Origin: an uncultured Prevotellaceae bacterium
GTDB taxonomy: Bacteria; Bacteroidota; Bacteroidia; Bacteroidales; Bacteroidaceae
Direction of reading: 5' to 3'
NCBI GenBank assembly: GCA_900319225.1
Contig: ONNV01000001.1
Coordinates: forward strand, 96,663 to 160,662
Length of the DNA stretch: 64,000 bases
The first letter of the stretch is position 1; each line of letters opens with the position of its first letter. Below, piece after piece: positions 19,039 to 27,461 of the stretch. The notes below the pieces were generated by a model. The model was not told the DNA's origin, ran no database searches, and worked only from the letters and a program-made list of their open reading frames with translations. The position numbers were made by a program, and so were the translations under genes.

Positions 19039-20388
19039 ATGAAAAGAAAAATTACACAGCAACTTATAGACTGGAAAAACAGGCCTGACCATAAGCCTCT
19101 CATCCTGCAGGGTGCCCGTCAGGTTGGTAAAACATACATTCTTGAAGAATTCGGGCGCCAACACTATAAGAATTATATCAAGGTGAGCCTTGATCTGGTT
19201 CCTGATGTTCGCAATTTCCTTAAGGACAATATCAATCCTTTGGAAATAATCGCTTATCTGGAAACATTGTACAATGTCAGGATTATCCCGCATGATACAC
19301 TTGTCATACTGGATGAGATTCAGGACTGCAAACGGGCGCTGCTTGCCCTCAAATATTTCCAGGAGGATTATCCACAGTATGATGTCGTGGCCGCAGGAAG
19401 CCTTCTGGGTGTTGCCGTCAATCAGGGAAACAAGCCGGATCAGGAAGAAACTCAAGAAAAGCAGGAAGAAGAGTTTTCATATCCGGTAGGTAAGGTCGAT
19501 GAGTTGCGCCTTTACCCTATGGATTTTGAAGAGTTCCTGTGGGCTATGAATATGGATGTTCTGGCTGAGGATATCCGCACTCACTTCAATTCAAATGAGG
19601 CAATGCCGGCTTCAGTTCATCAGTTGGCTCTGGATTATTATCAGCGGTACCTTATAATTGGAGGTATGCCTGAGAGCGTAGGAAAATACGTTGAGACCCA
19701 CAGTTACCTTGAGTGCCGTACTGTACAGCAGTCCATTCTGCTTGGTTACAATGCCGATATGGCCAAATACGCCAAACCGGGAACCACAGTCAAGATCAGA
19801 GCCTGCTTTAACTCCATTCCTGCGCAGTTGGCCAAAGAGAACCGCAAGTTCCAATACAAGCTTGCGCAAAAAGGCGGTACTGCCAAGATATTCGGTGAGG
19901 CAATAGAATGGCTCATCCTGGCCGGGGTAGTCCACAAGTGCAAATTGATATCCCATGGTTTCATTCCCATCTCGGCACAGGAAGATGACAGTGATTTCAA
20001 GATCTATATGTCCGATATCGGCCTACTTAACACAAAAGCCCAGATGCCTGCCCAGATGCTCCTCAATTCCATTGAAACTGATAACACCTTCCTTGGTTCC
20101 GTAGCAGAGAACTACGTTGCTCAGGCTCTCTCTGCCAACGGCATTACGCTCCGTTATTGGAAAAACGATAATACTCAGGAGGTGGAGTACATCCTGCAGG
20201 ATGGTATGAGTGTCATTCCATTGGAGGTCAAGAAAGGCAGGAAGGTTGATGCAATCAGCATGAACAATTTCAAGAAAACCTACAAGTGTCCTTTTGCTTA
20301 CCGCATATCAGGAAAAAACTTCGGGATGGCCAATGATATAAAGTCAGTTCCCCTTTATGCTGTTTTCTGCATTGAGGCTAGAGAATGA
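19039..20388 (+). CDS. AAA+ ATPase with a C-terminal DUF4143-like domain (AAA_14 family)
   Basis: MKRKITQQLIDWKNRPDHKPLILQGARQVGKTYIL (Walker A) and LVILDEIQ (Walker B). The start is trimmed to the ATG at 19039 because a TAtaTTTG -7 box (19005-19012) lies inside the track ORF. The ATG at 19024 is an alternative. The gene is visibly more AT-rich than the polyamine genes. Confidence 0.8.
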   Translation: MKRKITQQLIDWKNRPDHKPLILQGARQVGKTYILEEFGRQHYKNYIKVSLDLVPDVRNFLKDNINPLEIIAYLETLYNVRIIPHDTLVILDEIQDCKRALLALKYFQEDYPQYDVVAAGSLLGVAVNQGNKPDQEETQEKQEEEFSYPVGKVDELRLYPMDFEEFLWAMNMDVLAEDIRTHFNSNEAMPASVHQLALDYYQRYLIIGGMPESVGKYVETHSYLECRTVQQSILLGYNADMAKYAKPGTTVKIRACFNSIPAQLAKENRKFQYKLAQKGGTAKIFGEAIEWLILAGVVHKCKLISHGFIPISAQEDDSDFKIYMSDIGLLNTKAQMPAQMLLNSIETDNTFLGSVAENYVAQALSANGITLRYWKNDNTQEVEYILQDGMSVIPLEVKKGRKVDAISMNNFKKTYKCPFAYRISGKNFGMANDIKSVPLYAVFCIEARE

Positions 20389-20414
20389 CACAGAAGGATC
20401 AGTTCCCTGTGTCA
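20386..20414. repeat. TGACACAG-family hairpin repeat, copy 2 (right direct repeat flanking the ATPase gene)
   Basis: TGACACAGAAGGATCAGTTCCCTGTGTCA. Its first 3 nt are the ATPase stop codon. Confidence 0.9.
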
Positions 20415-20501
20415 TTCGTAGAGGTGGACCTTTAGCTTAAAAAGTAAGGCGGACGCTTTCGCGCCCGCCACATACCTTTGTCGGACTATTGTAGTCACCA
20501 A

Positions 20502-20594
20502 TCAGAGCATTTGTGCAGATTTCCTGTCCACCTTGCCGCACAGCAATATGCTAACGGCTGCTACGGTGGCTGTCAGTATGATTACGGTAATCAT
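20502..20594 (-). CDS. Candidate 30-aa hydrophobic peptide (MITVIILTATVAAVSILLCGKVDRKSAQML)
   Basis: ATG..TGA ORF found by hand; it is below the track's size cut-off. It encodes one predicted TM helix followed by a basic tail. Its first 17 nt form the palindrome ATGATTAC-C-GTAATCAT. A + strand -7 box (TACCTTTG, 20473-20480) would drive antisense transcription across it. Confidence 0.25.
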   Translation of the reverse strand: MITVIILTATVAAVSILLCGKVDRKSAQML

Positions 20595-20715
20595 GAATAA
20601 AATAGAGACAAACTATTGCATGCATCCGGCAATTTGTTCGTATATTTGTATATTTTTCATTATGTAAATTCTTGTACAAAAGGACTATAGAGGTAAAAAC
20701 TGTAAAATTTGATAA

Positions 20716-20762
20716 GTGACGCAAAGTGAAAGACGCAAAGTGAAACGACCCCAATGCGTCAC
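20716..20762. repeat. TGACGCA-family hairpin repeat with an internal tandem duplication
   Basis: GTGACGCAAAGTGAAA-GACGCAAAGTGAAA-CGACCCCAATGCGTCAC. The last 31 nt match 30031-30061 with one mismatch. It lies in the leader of the 1574-aa gene. Confidence 0.85.
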
Positions 20763-20802
20763 GTCATGTATTTGATTTTTAAATAATTAAACAAATATCA
20801 AC

Positions 20803-23800
20803 ATGCAAAGAAGTAAGTTTCTATTGATCTTTGCCTTGTTCTGCGGCTTGGTGCAGGAGGGTTGGGCACAGATTACTTTTCCCATCGTCTATGACGACGT
20901 GTGGGACGGTTCTTCGAAAACGAAGCCGGTGTATGATGTCGGCAGTGGCTATGTCATCATTAACCGTGCATCAGAACTGGCTTATATACACGAGCATTGG
21001 ACTGATGCCTCTGGTGACGGTGATTATGATAAGAAATATTTCAGGCATAAGTATTTGCTCAATGCAAACATTGACATGGGAGATGCTGTTTCGTGGACAC
21101 CTTTGGACAAAGACTTTGTCTCATCATTCGCAGGTGAATTTCATGGTGAAAATCACACCATTCGCATACACATTTGGGGGACGGACGACAATAATCAAGG
21201 TCTTTTTGCCACTAATGGCGGCAAAGTGCAAGATCTTCATTTGACAGGCAAAATAGAAGTCGGGAACTGTAAAAATGTAGGTGGAATTGCTGGGCAGAAT
21301 TTCGGAGTCATCAAAAACTGTTGGGTGAGTGCCGACATCAGTTCATCCAATAGCTATTTGGGTGGCATTGCCGGGGACAACGCCGAAAGTGATAACGGTA
21401 ATGCCGGAATAATAGAGTACTGCTGCATGACGGGTAATGTGACGAACACCGGAGGAAATTCCTATGTGGGTGGAATTGCCGGGAAAAGCGGTGATGGAAA
21501 TGGAGCAAAGACAGAGCTCCAGCACTGCACTTTCTACGGCACCGTGTCGGTGAACCACGACCAGCGCGATAAATACTTAGGTGCTGCATACGGAACTGTG
21601 CAGGATTTGTACGACGCATTCAACCAGAACGAGTACAACAATGCCAGCGGCATGGGCCTGTACCGCCAATCTATCAGTTATCCCTACGCCATCAACGTCA
21701 ACATTGTGGGAATCGGCACAGTCACGGTCAGTGCCGGTGGCGAGACTGGCATTACGCGTTGGCGCCCCGGCGAAACCGTCACGCTGACAAGGGAGTTAAT
21801 CCCGGTGAGTAGTGTCACCGTCACCGATACCAGTGGCAACAACGTTTCTGTTAGCGGCAATGAGACAAGCGGCTATACCTTCACAATGCCGAACAAAAGC
21901 GTCAACGTAGCGTGCGTCTTCGACTACGCCAACTGGCCCACGCAGGGCGATGGCACCGAGGACAGCCCATACCTTATCAGCAGTGCTGAGGACTGGCTCT
22001 TCTTTGCCCACAACGTCACCCTCGGCCGCTCGTACAGCGGCAAGGTCATCAGGTTGACCGACAACATCAACGTGAATGTGTCGGTGGGCAGTTGCAATGC
22101 AGCCAACGATAACGATTACAAGCCTTTCAGCGGCACATTTGACGGCTACGGCCACACACTGACCGTTAACCTGAGCAACCAGAGCCGCTTCGGTGCACCG
22201 TTCAAGTGCATCGAGAATGCTACCATCAGGAACCTGCGCACAGCAGGCACAATCGACGGGACGGGCAATGATAACGGCAAGTTGCTGTCAGGCTTAGTGG
22301 GCATCAGTTTTGGCAACACGACCATCACCGGGTGCATCAGCAGTGTGACGCTCACCACAGACTTCGGAGCCCGAGGCTATATAGACGCTGCCCTCGCTGG
22401 CTTTGTGGCCGGTACTGCAGGCGGCAGTCTTACCGTCAGCGGCTGTGTGTTCAACGGCTCGATGACGGGTGCTGGCAATCAGCGTTGCGCCGGAATCTCT
22501 GGCTATGAGTATTCCGATGTCGGAAAAGGTTACACCACTACTTCCATAAGCAACAGCCTCTTTGTCCCCGCCACGCTGACCGTCTCCACCATAGATGACG
22601 GCTATACGAAGACTCTCACCCGCGACCCCGATGCCATCATTACCAACTGCTACTACACCCAGACCCTCGGCACGACGCAGGGCACCGAGGCAAGTACGCC
22701 CACCGGCGACCCTGGCAACGTCGGTGACTTGGTGGAGGACTATGGCTTGGTAAAGGTATACGAGAACGCCATCTTCTTCAACGGCAAATACTGCGTGGTT
22801 CCCACTGCCACCACCGTCATCCAGCCCAAAGACGAATGGGATGCCGTCTGCTGGCAGACGCAGACCGCCCAGACAGACTGGACACCACTTAGTGCAGGCT
22901 CCACCACGGGGCAGACGCTCGGCAGCGTAGGCACCACGACATACTATTACATCACGGACAACCTCAACATCACCAACAGCAACGCTGGCGGCAGCGGCCT
23001 GACCGTCCGGGGCACGGTGTTTCTCTACATCCCCTCCGGCAAGACGCTCACCAGCACAGGTGCCAATGCCAGCGGACAGACGGGCGCAGGTGCCGGCGTT
23101 GAACTGACGGAGGGCAACACGCTCAACCTAATCGGTAGCGGCACGCTGAATGCCACGGGCGGCAATGCAGCCAATGGCGGCAATGGCGGCAGCGGCGATG
23201 ATGCATTTCTGATTTCTGGTAATACCATCCTCGGCGGCTCCGGTGGAACCGGTGGCAATGGCGGCGGCGGTGCCGGTGCAGGCATCGGCACACGCGGTGC
23301 GAATGGCGGCAGTGGCGGCACAGGCGGTCAACGCACTGGAAGCACTGGAGATGAGAAGACACAGAAAGGCGTTGATGGCAATGCCGGCAGTGTCGGTAGT
23401 ACTGCGGCTGCTATGGGTAACCTCTATGTGTACAAGGTATTTCAGCAGACCGAAGCCATAACGGTGAATGCCACTGGTGGCTCTGCAGGCTCAAACGGCA
23501 CTGGTGGCAATGGAGGCAGAACCGCTTCCCAGCACCCCGGTTCGATTGTATATATGGCTGCTGGTGGTGGTGGCGGCGGTGCCGGCGGCTTCGGCGGCGC
23601 AGCCAGCAACATCGGCACCGGTGGCCCCGGCGGTGGCGGCGGTGGCGGCGGTGCCGCAGGTAACGTGGCATGGGTGCTTTACTCCGGAACCCTGAATGGT
23701 TACTACTATGCAGGAGCCAAAGGCGGTAAAGGCGGCACCAATGCTAATGGCAGTTCTGCCCCCGATGGTGCTCAGGTTTTCTTGGACAATCCTAAGCATG

Positions 23801-25527
23801 CCGATCAACAAGGAGACGGCCTTAGAGCTTCTGCTGACGACTATGACGATTGTGATGGCTGGGAGAACGGCAACGCCTGGCATGACGGCGGGGCTGGCGG
23901 CGGCTGTGGCAATGCCAGCAGCGTCGGCACAGTCCAACGCGTGTGGGGCTCGCTGGTGCTGGGCAGCGGCACTGAGAATGCCCCGTACCAAATCAAGTGT
24001 ACCGCCGACTTCGACCAGTTGGCTGCCAATGTGAACGGCGGAACGACCTACGCGAACAAGTATTTCGTTCTGGTCAACGACATCAGCGTGACTACAATGG
24101 TAGGCACGGGCGATGCCGACTCGTTCCAAGGCACCTTCGACGGCAACGGCAAGACGCTGACCGTTGACTACAACACCACCGAGAATAACACCGCACCGTT
24201 CCGCCACGTGAAGAACGCCACCATAAAGAAACTGCACGTCACGGGCACCATCACCACCAGCGCACCATTCGCCGGCGGCATCGTGTCAGAGTCGCACGGT
24301 GCGCTGACCCTCACGGGTTGCGTCAGTTCGGTAGCCATCCATAGCAGCAAGAGCGGCGACGGTACCCACAGCGGAATAGTCAGCGTACTGAGCGGAAGGG
24401 GCAACACCATCCTCATTGACGGCTGTGTGTTTGACGGTTCCTTTGCCTCCACTACCGGCACTGTGGGCTGCGGCGGATTCGTGGGTTGGGGAGTATATAA
24501 CAAGCCTACCATCAAGAACTCACTGCTGAAGCCTAGTAGCGTCGATGCAAATATGATGGGCAGCAACTTCGCCCGCTGGCACACGGGCGATGAAGGCATT
24601 TACGAGCCTACCATCATCAACTGCTACTACGTTGCCACCAACAACCTGCCCACCGACCAAGGCATGGAGCCCGTCATCCTCAACAACACTCCCAGTAACC
24701 TTGGTGAACTGGTGTCTGATTATGACATGGTAAAGGCATACGCTAACGGCATCCTTTACGACGGCAAGTACTACATGTCATTCGTCAGGATCAGCCTGGC
24801 CGACGATGCCGACAACAGCACGGCCATCAGCGATGCCGACAGTTACTTTGCCGATGTGACGCTTCAGGGCCGCACGCTCTACAAGGACGGGGATTGGAAT
24901 ACACTCTGTCTGCCGTTTGACCTGACCGTGAGCGGCAGCGTGCTGGACGGTGACAACGTCAATGTGATGGTACTGGATGATGCAAACTCAAATCTCACCG
25001 GAACCACTCTTACGTTGGACTTCGCCGACGCTCCTGCCACCATTCCCGCCGGCACCCCGTTCATAATCAAGTGGGGTGCAGAGGGCGATGACATCTCGGC
25101 TCCAGTGTTCAATAATGTAATTATCAATGCACAGGCTTCGACCAGTGTTGGTTTTAACGGCGGTCAGTTTGTAGGCTGCTACTCACCGTTTGAGATAACT
25201 AACGATAACATAGGTGAGATAGTCTATCTTGGTGCCAATAACATAGTAGGTTACGCAGAGGCTCCCAGAACGTTGCGTTCCTGCCGTGCCCACTTCTATC
25301 TGCCCGAACCACCTTCCGGTAACCGTGCTATGATGCGTGCCGTTGTCAGATTCCACGGCTCAGACGGCACCACCACCGTAGTATATGATATCCCGAGTGG
25401 TGCCGGCAGTAAGTCCATGCTTGAAGGCTGGTACACTATAGACGGCCGTCAGCTACAGGAGGAGCCTACAGAGAACGGCATCTATCTGTATAACGGTAAT
25501 AAGGTACTAATCAATGAAAGGAGGTAA
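20803..25527 (+). CDS. Giant secreted or cell-surface protein with GLUG-type repeats, an internally duplicated module and a glycine-rich core
   Basis: 1574 aa. Signal peptide MQRSKFLLIFALFCGLVQEGWAQ. GLUG-like units (NVGGIAGQNFGVIKNC, YLGGIAGDN, YVGGIAGKS). Two paralogous modules (about 21946-22800 and 23962-24780) flank a GGxGGxG-rich segment (about 23050-23935). The C-terminal tail is WYTIDGRQLQEEPTENGIYLYNGNKVLI. Confidence 0.85.
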   Translation: MQRSKFLLIFALFCGLVQEGWAQITFPIVYDDVWDGSSKTKPVYDVGSGYVIINRASELAYIHEHWTDASGDGDYDKKYFRHKYLLNANIDMGDAVSWTPLDKDFVSSFAGEFHGENHTIRIHIWGTDDNNQGLFATNGGKVQDLHLTGKIEVGNCKNVGGIAGQNFGVIKNCWVSADISSSNSYLGGIAGDNAESDNGNAGIIEYCCMTGNVTNTGGNSYVGGIAGKSGDGNGAKTELQHCTFYGTVSVNHDQRDKYLGAAYGTVQDLYDAFNQNEYNNASGMGLYRQSISYPYAINVNIVGIGTVTVSAGGETGITRWRPGETVTLTRELIPVSSVTVTDTSGNNVSVSGNETSGYTFTMPNKSVNVACVFDYANWPTQGDGTEDSPYLISSAEDWLFFAHNVTLGRSYSGKVIRLTDNINVNVSVGSCNAANDNDYKPFSGTFDGYGHTLTVNLSNQSRFGAPFKCIENATIRNLRTAGTIDGTGNDNGKLLSGLVGISFGNTTITGCISSVTLTTDFGARGYIDAALAGFVAGTAGGSLTVSGCVFNGSMTGAGNQRCAGISGYEYSDVGKGYTTTSISNSLFVPATLTVSTIDDGYTKTLTRDPDAIITNCYYTQTLGTTQGTEASTPTGDPGNVGDLVEDYGLVKVYENAIFFNGKYCVVPTATTVIQPKDEWDAVCWQTQTAQTDWTPLSAGSTTGQTLGSVGTTTYYYITDNLNITNSNAGGSGLTVRGTVFLYIPSGKTLTSTGANASGQTGAGAGVELTEGNTLNLIGSGTLNATGGNAANGGNGGSGDDAFLISGNTILGGSGGTGGNGGGGAGAGIGTRGANGGSGGTGGQRTGSTGDEKTQKGVDGNAGSVGSTAAAMGNLYVYKVFQQTEAITVNATGGSAGSNGTGGNGGRTASQHPGSIVYMAAGGGGGGAGGFGGAASNIGTGGPGGGGGGGGAAGNVAWVLYSGTLNGYYYAGAKGGKGGTNANGSSAPDGAQVFLDNPKHADQQGDGLRASADDYDDCDGWENGNAWHDGGAGGGCGNASSVGTVQRVWGSLVLGSGTENAPYQIKCTADFDQLAANVNGGTTYANKYFVLVNDISVTTMVGTGDADSFQGTFDGNGKTLTVDYNTTENNTAPFRHVKNATIKKLHVTGTITTSAPFAGGIVSESHGALTLTGCVSSVAIHSSKSGDGTHSGIVSVLSGRGNTILIDGCVFDGSFASTTGTVGCGGFVGWGVYNKPTIKNSLLKPSSVDANMMGSNFARWHTGDEGIYEPTIINCYYVATNNLPTDQGMEPVILNNTPSNLGELVSDYDMVKAYANGILYDGKYYMSFVRISLADDADNSTAISDADSYFADVTLQGRTLYKDGDWNTLCLPFDLTVSGSVLDGDNVNVMVLDDANSNLTGTTLTLDFADAPATIPAGTPFIIKWGAEGDDISAPVFNNVIINAQASTSVGFNGGQFVGCYSPFEITNDNIGEIVYLGANNIVGYAEAPRTLRSCRAHFYLPEPPSGNRAMMRAVVRFHGSDGTTTVVYDIPSGAGSKSMLEGWYTIDGRQLQEEPTENGIYLYNGNKVLINERR

Positions 25528-25538
25528 TCACTATCACT

Positions 25539-25670
25539 ATGAAAAAGAGACAATATACAAAACCCTCAACTGATATAATTAAGCTGTCAAACACCACCAG
25601 TCTGCTGCAGGCCAGCAATTTGGATAGTAACATACCCTTAGATTGGGGCGTTCCCGTTTTTGACCGCTAA
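25539..25670 (+). CDS. Candidate 43-aa ORF 11 nt downstream of the giant gene (MKKRQYTKPSTDIIKLSNTTSLLQASNLDSNIPLDWGVPVFDR)
   Basis: Hand-translated ATG (25539) to TAA (25668-25670); too short for the ORF track. It has no signal peptide. Its 3' end (GATTGGGGCGTTCCCGTTT) resembles the repeat superfamily, which lowers confidence. Confidence 0.3.
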   Translation: MKKRQYTKPSTDIIKLSNTTSLLQASNLDSNIPLDWGVPVFDR

Positions 25671-25672
25671 AT

Positions 25673-25701
25673 GTGACACAGGGAACTGATCCTTTTGTGT
25701 C
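25673..25701. repeat. TGACACAG-family hairpin repeat, copy 3 (inverted orientation)
   Basis: TGACACAGGGAACTGATCCTTTTGTGTCA is the reverse complement of the 18918/20386 copies, with 2 differences from 18918 and 1 from 20386. Confidence 0.85.
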
Positions 25702-25710
25702 ATCAGTAGA

Positions 25711-25749
25711 TGTGGAATTGGGGACTGTCCCCAATTCCACATTTTCACA
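25711..25749. repeat. GGGGAC-N-GTCCCC hairpin repeat (TGTGGAATTGGGGAC T GTCCCCAATTCCACA + TTTTCACA)
   Basis: 15-bp perfect arms. The same element, with an internal insertion, recurs at 43258-43312. Confidence 0.85.
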
Positions 25750-25757
25750 GCATCGTT

Positions 25758-26867
25758 TTACTTAATATTGTAGATGACTAAAACAGGATTGGATTCCATG
25801 GTCATGTCAGGGAACTTTTTCCTGAGCGTTTCATCTTTCTCAATATCTTCATAATCAATTACATCGGCCAATCTGCCGTTGTAGGTGTGATGTGCATAAG
25901 GGAACAGGTCGTTTAAAGAATTGTCTTTGAGATATTCAGACATGTGTAACCTGTAAAGATGGTTTTTCTTATTGTCATAGAAGACCGTAACCCATACGTC
26001 CATATTGAAAAGAGTAACGCTCATGAATCTCTCTGTCTCGCAGAATAGAATCTTTGAGTATTCTCTATCCATATTATCCCATAGTTTGCTCATTTCCATT
26101 ACCTCACGTGGCATCACAATATCCGTATTGATCTTGAATGCGGGACGGAGCGAATCATTCTCAAAGTGATAAATGATATTGCTATCCTCTAATCCACGAC
26201 AACTGATTACATCATTATTCAGGTGAATAAGAAATGGCTCTTCGTGATAGACGTGTTTGAAGTAAGCTGGTATTTCAAACAATGTTCTTATGACATTCCC
26301 ATCATTGTCAATCTCAAACAGTCCTTTAATGGCGACATCCTCATAGTTGAATAAAAGATAATGCCCGTTGGATAACGCAGCAAAACTACATATATATTGA
26401 CTTATAGGGATTTTCTTTACAAAATCGCCGTTGAATGAGTATTCATAGATGCTTGCTGTCTGCAGATCATATATACTGACAATCTTCCGCTCTTCCTGTA
26501 TATCATAACATTTCATGGACAGATATTCTCCGTGTCCACGGCCTATTTTGTTGATTCTCCTTACATACTTTCCTTGGTAATCAAACAGATACACTCCGCT
26601 ATTATATTGAATGAAAATATAATCGCTGGCACATTTAATATTCATGCTGTAGCCTATGTAGCTTTCCAGAACAGAATCATCAAGTCTGATGGTGTCAATA
26701 GACTCTATGTAGTCAGAAAATACAGGTTTGTCTGTCGGGGTTTCATTAAGCAAGGGCGCTTCAATGATGATTCCGTCAAAATCATCGGTTTGAGCGCTCT
26801 GGCTCTTACAGGAGTAAACCAGCAAGGCCGATAACAGGGCGGCCGAAAAGGACAATTCTAGTTTCAT
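25758..26867 (-). CDS. 6-bladed beta-propeller lipoprotein (BF3164-like family)
   Basis: 369 aa with a lipobox (LLVYSC). It has a GRGHGEY motif (compare G.GPGE in this family) and repeated hydrophobic/aromatic blade-like segments. The gene is conspicuously AT-rich. Confidence 0.6.
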   Translation of the reverse strand: MKLELSFSAALLSALLVYSCKSQSAQTDDFDGIIIEAPLLNETPTDKPVFSDYIESIDTIRLDDSVLESYIGYSMNIKCASDYIFIQYNSGVYLFDYQGKYVRRINKIGRGHGEYLSMKCYDIQEERKIVSIYDLQTASIYEYSFNGDFVKKIPISQYICSFAALSNGHYLLFNYEDVAIKGLFEIDNDGNVIRTLFEIPAYFKHVYHEEPFLIHLNNDVISCRGLEDSNIIYHFENDSLRPAFKINTDIVMPREVMEMSKLWDNMDREYSKILFCETERFMSVTLFNMDVWVTVFYDNKKNHLYRLHMSEYLKDNSLNDLFPYAHHTYNGRLADVIDYEDIEKDETLRKKFPDMTMESNPVLVIYNIK

Positions 26868-26917
26868 AATACTCTCAGAAATAGGATTTTACTGCGTAAA
26901 GATAGTTGTTTTTGCAG

Positions 26918-26999
26918 GGAGGGAGCCAAAGGGGACGGTTCTATTTGGCCCCTTTTTGAAAAATGGGGCCAAATAGAACCGTCCCCTTTGGCTCCCTCC
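26918..26999. repeat. 35-bp perfect-stem hairpin of the GGGGACGGTTCTATTTGGCC family (terminator position)
   Basis: GGAGGGAGCCAAAGGGGACGGTTCTATTTGGCCCC (26918-26952), a 12-nt loop, then the exact reverse complement (26965-26999). It starts 4 nt after the stop of the 27003-27437 gene. Confidence 0.85.
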
Positions 27000-27002
27000 T
27001 CT

Positions 27003-27437
27003 TCAGATGCGCGGAGTGCGGATGATGTAGAGGATGCGGGATATCAGGTAGTTGAAAGTGCTCCAGAATAATACCGCGAAGGCACTGGCAAGGGGTGAAG
27101 TTATGTATCTCCAGATGCTATCAATAGAGTTAAGATCTTCTCTGGTAATGGGCTGACCACTCTCAAACTGTTGATATATCAAATCATAAAAATCAGTATA
27201 ATGGCCCTTCTGGAACTCATCGAACACCTGGATCATAGCGACAAAGAAACAGAGGAATCCGAACACCATTATTATGCTTCCCAGTGAGTGCAGCTTGGCG
27301 GGATACTTCCAGGCAATATAGCAGATGGCAATCAACAGCAATACGGATGTTATGGCTGTGAATGCAGTTGTGTGATACAGTATAAACCCCATGTTTGAGG
27401 CATACTGATTAATGCTAAGGCTGATTAAAGTATTCAT
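27003..27437 (-). CDS. Small integral membrane protein, unknown function
   Basis: 144 aa with about 3-4 hydrophobic helices. No recognisable motif. Confidence 0.55.
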   Translation of the reverse strand: MNTLISLSINQYASNMGFILYHTTAFTAITSVLLLIAICYIAWKYPAKLHSLGSIIMVFGFLCFFVAMIQVFDEFQKGHYTDFYDLIYQQFESGQPITREDLNSIDSIWRYITSPLASAFAVLFWSTFNYLISRILYIIRTPRI

Positions 27438-27461
27438 AGCGCTTGTCTGTATAAAGGTTGA

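Noticed and set aside
20415-20802. An invertible (phase-variable) promoter upstream of the giant surface-protein gene.
   Set aside because: The inverted sequences here are short self-contained hairpins of the dispersed repeat families, not a pair of IRs bracketing a promoter. No site-specific recombinase gene lies nearby.
23025-24599. Many antisense or alternative-frame ORFs inside the giant gene, for example 23491-24237 (-) 248 aa, 23025-23321 (-) and 24168-24599 (-).
   Set aside because: They lie in the GGN/GCN-rich glycine tract, where all frames are depleted of stop codons. Their translations are low-complexity (P/A/R-rich) mirrors of the sense frame, and the sense ORF is continuous over 1574 aa with clear domain repeats.
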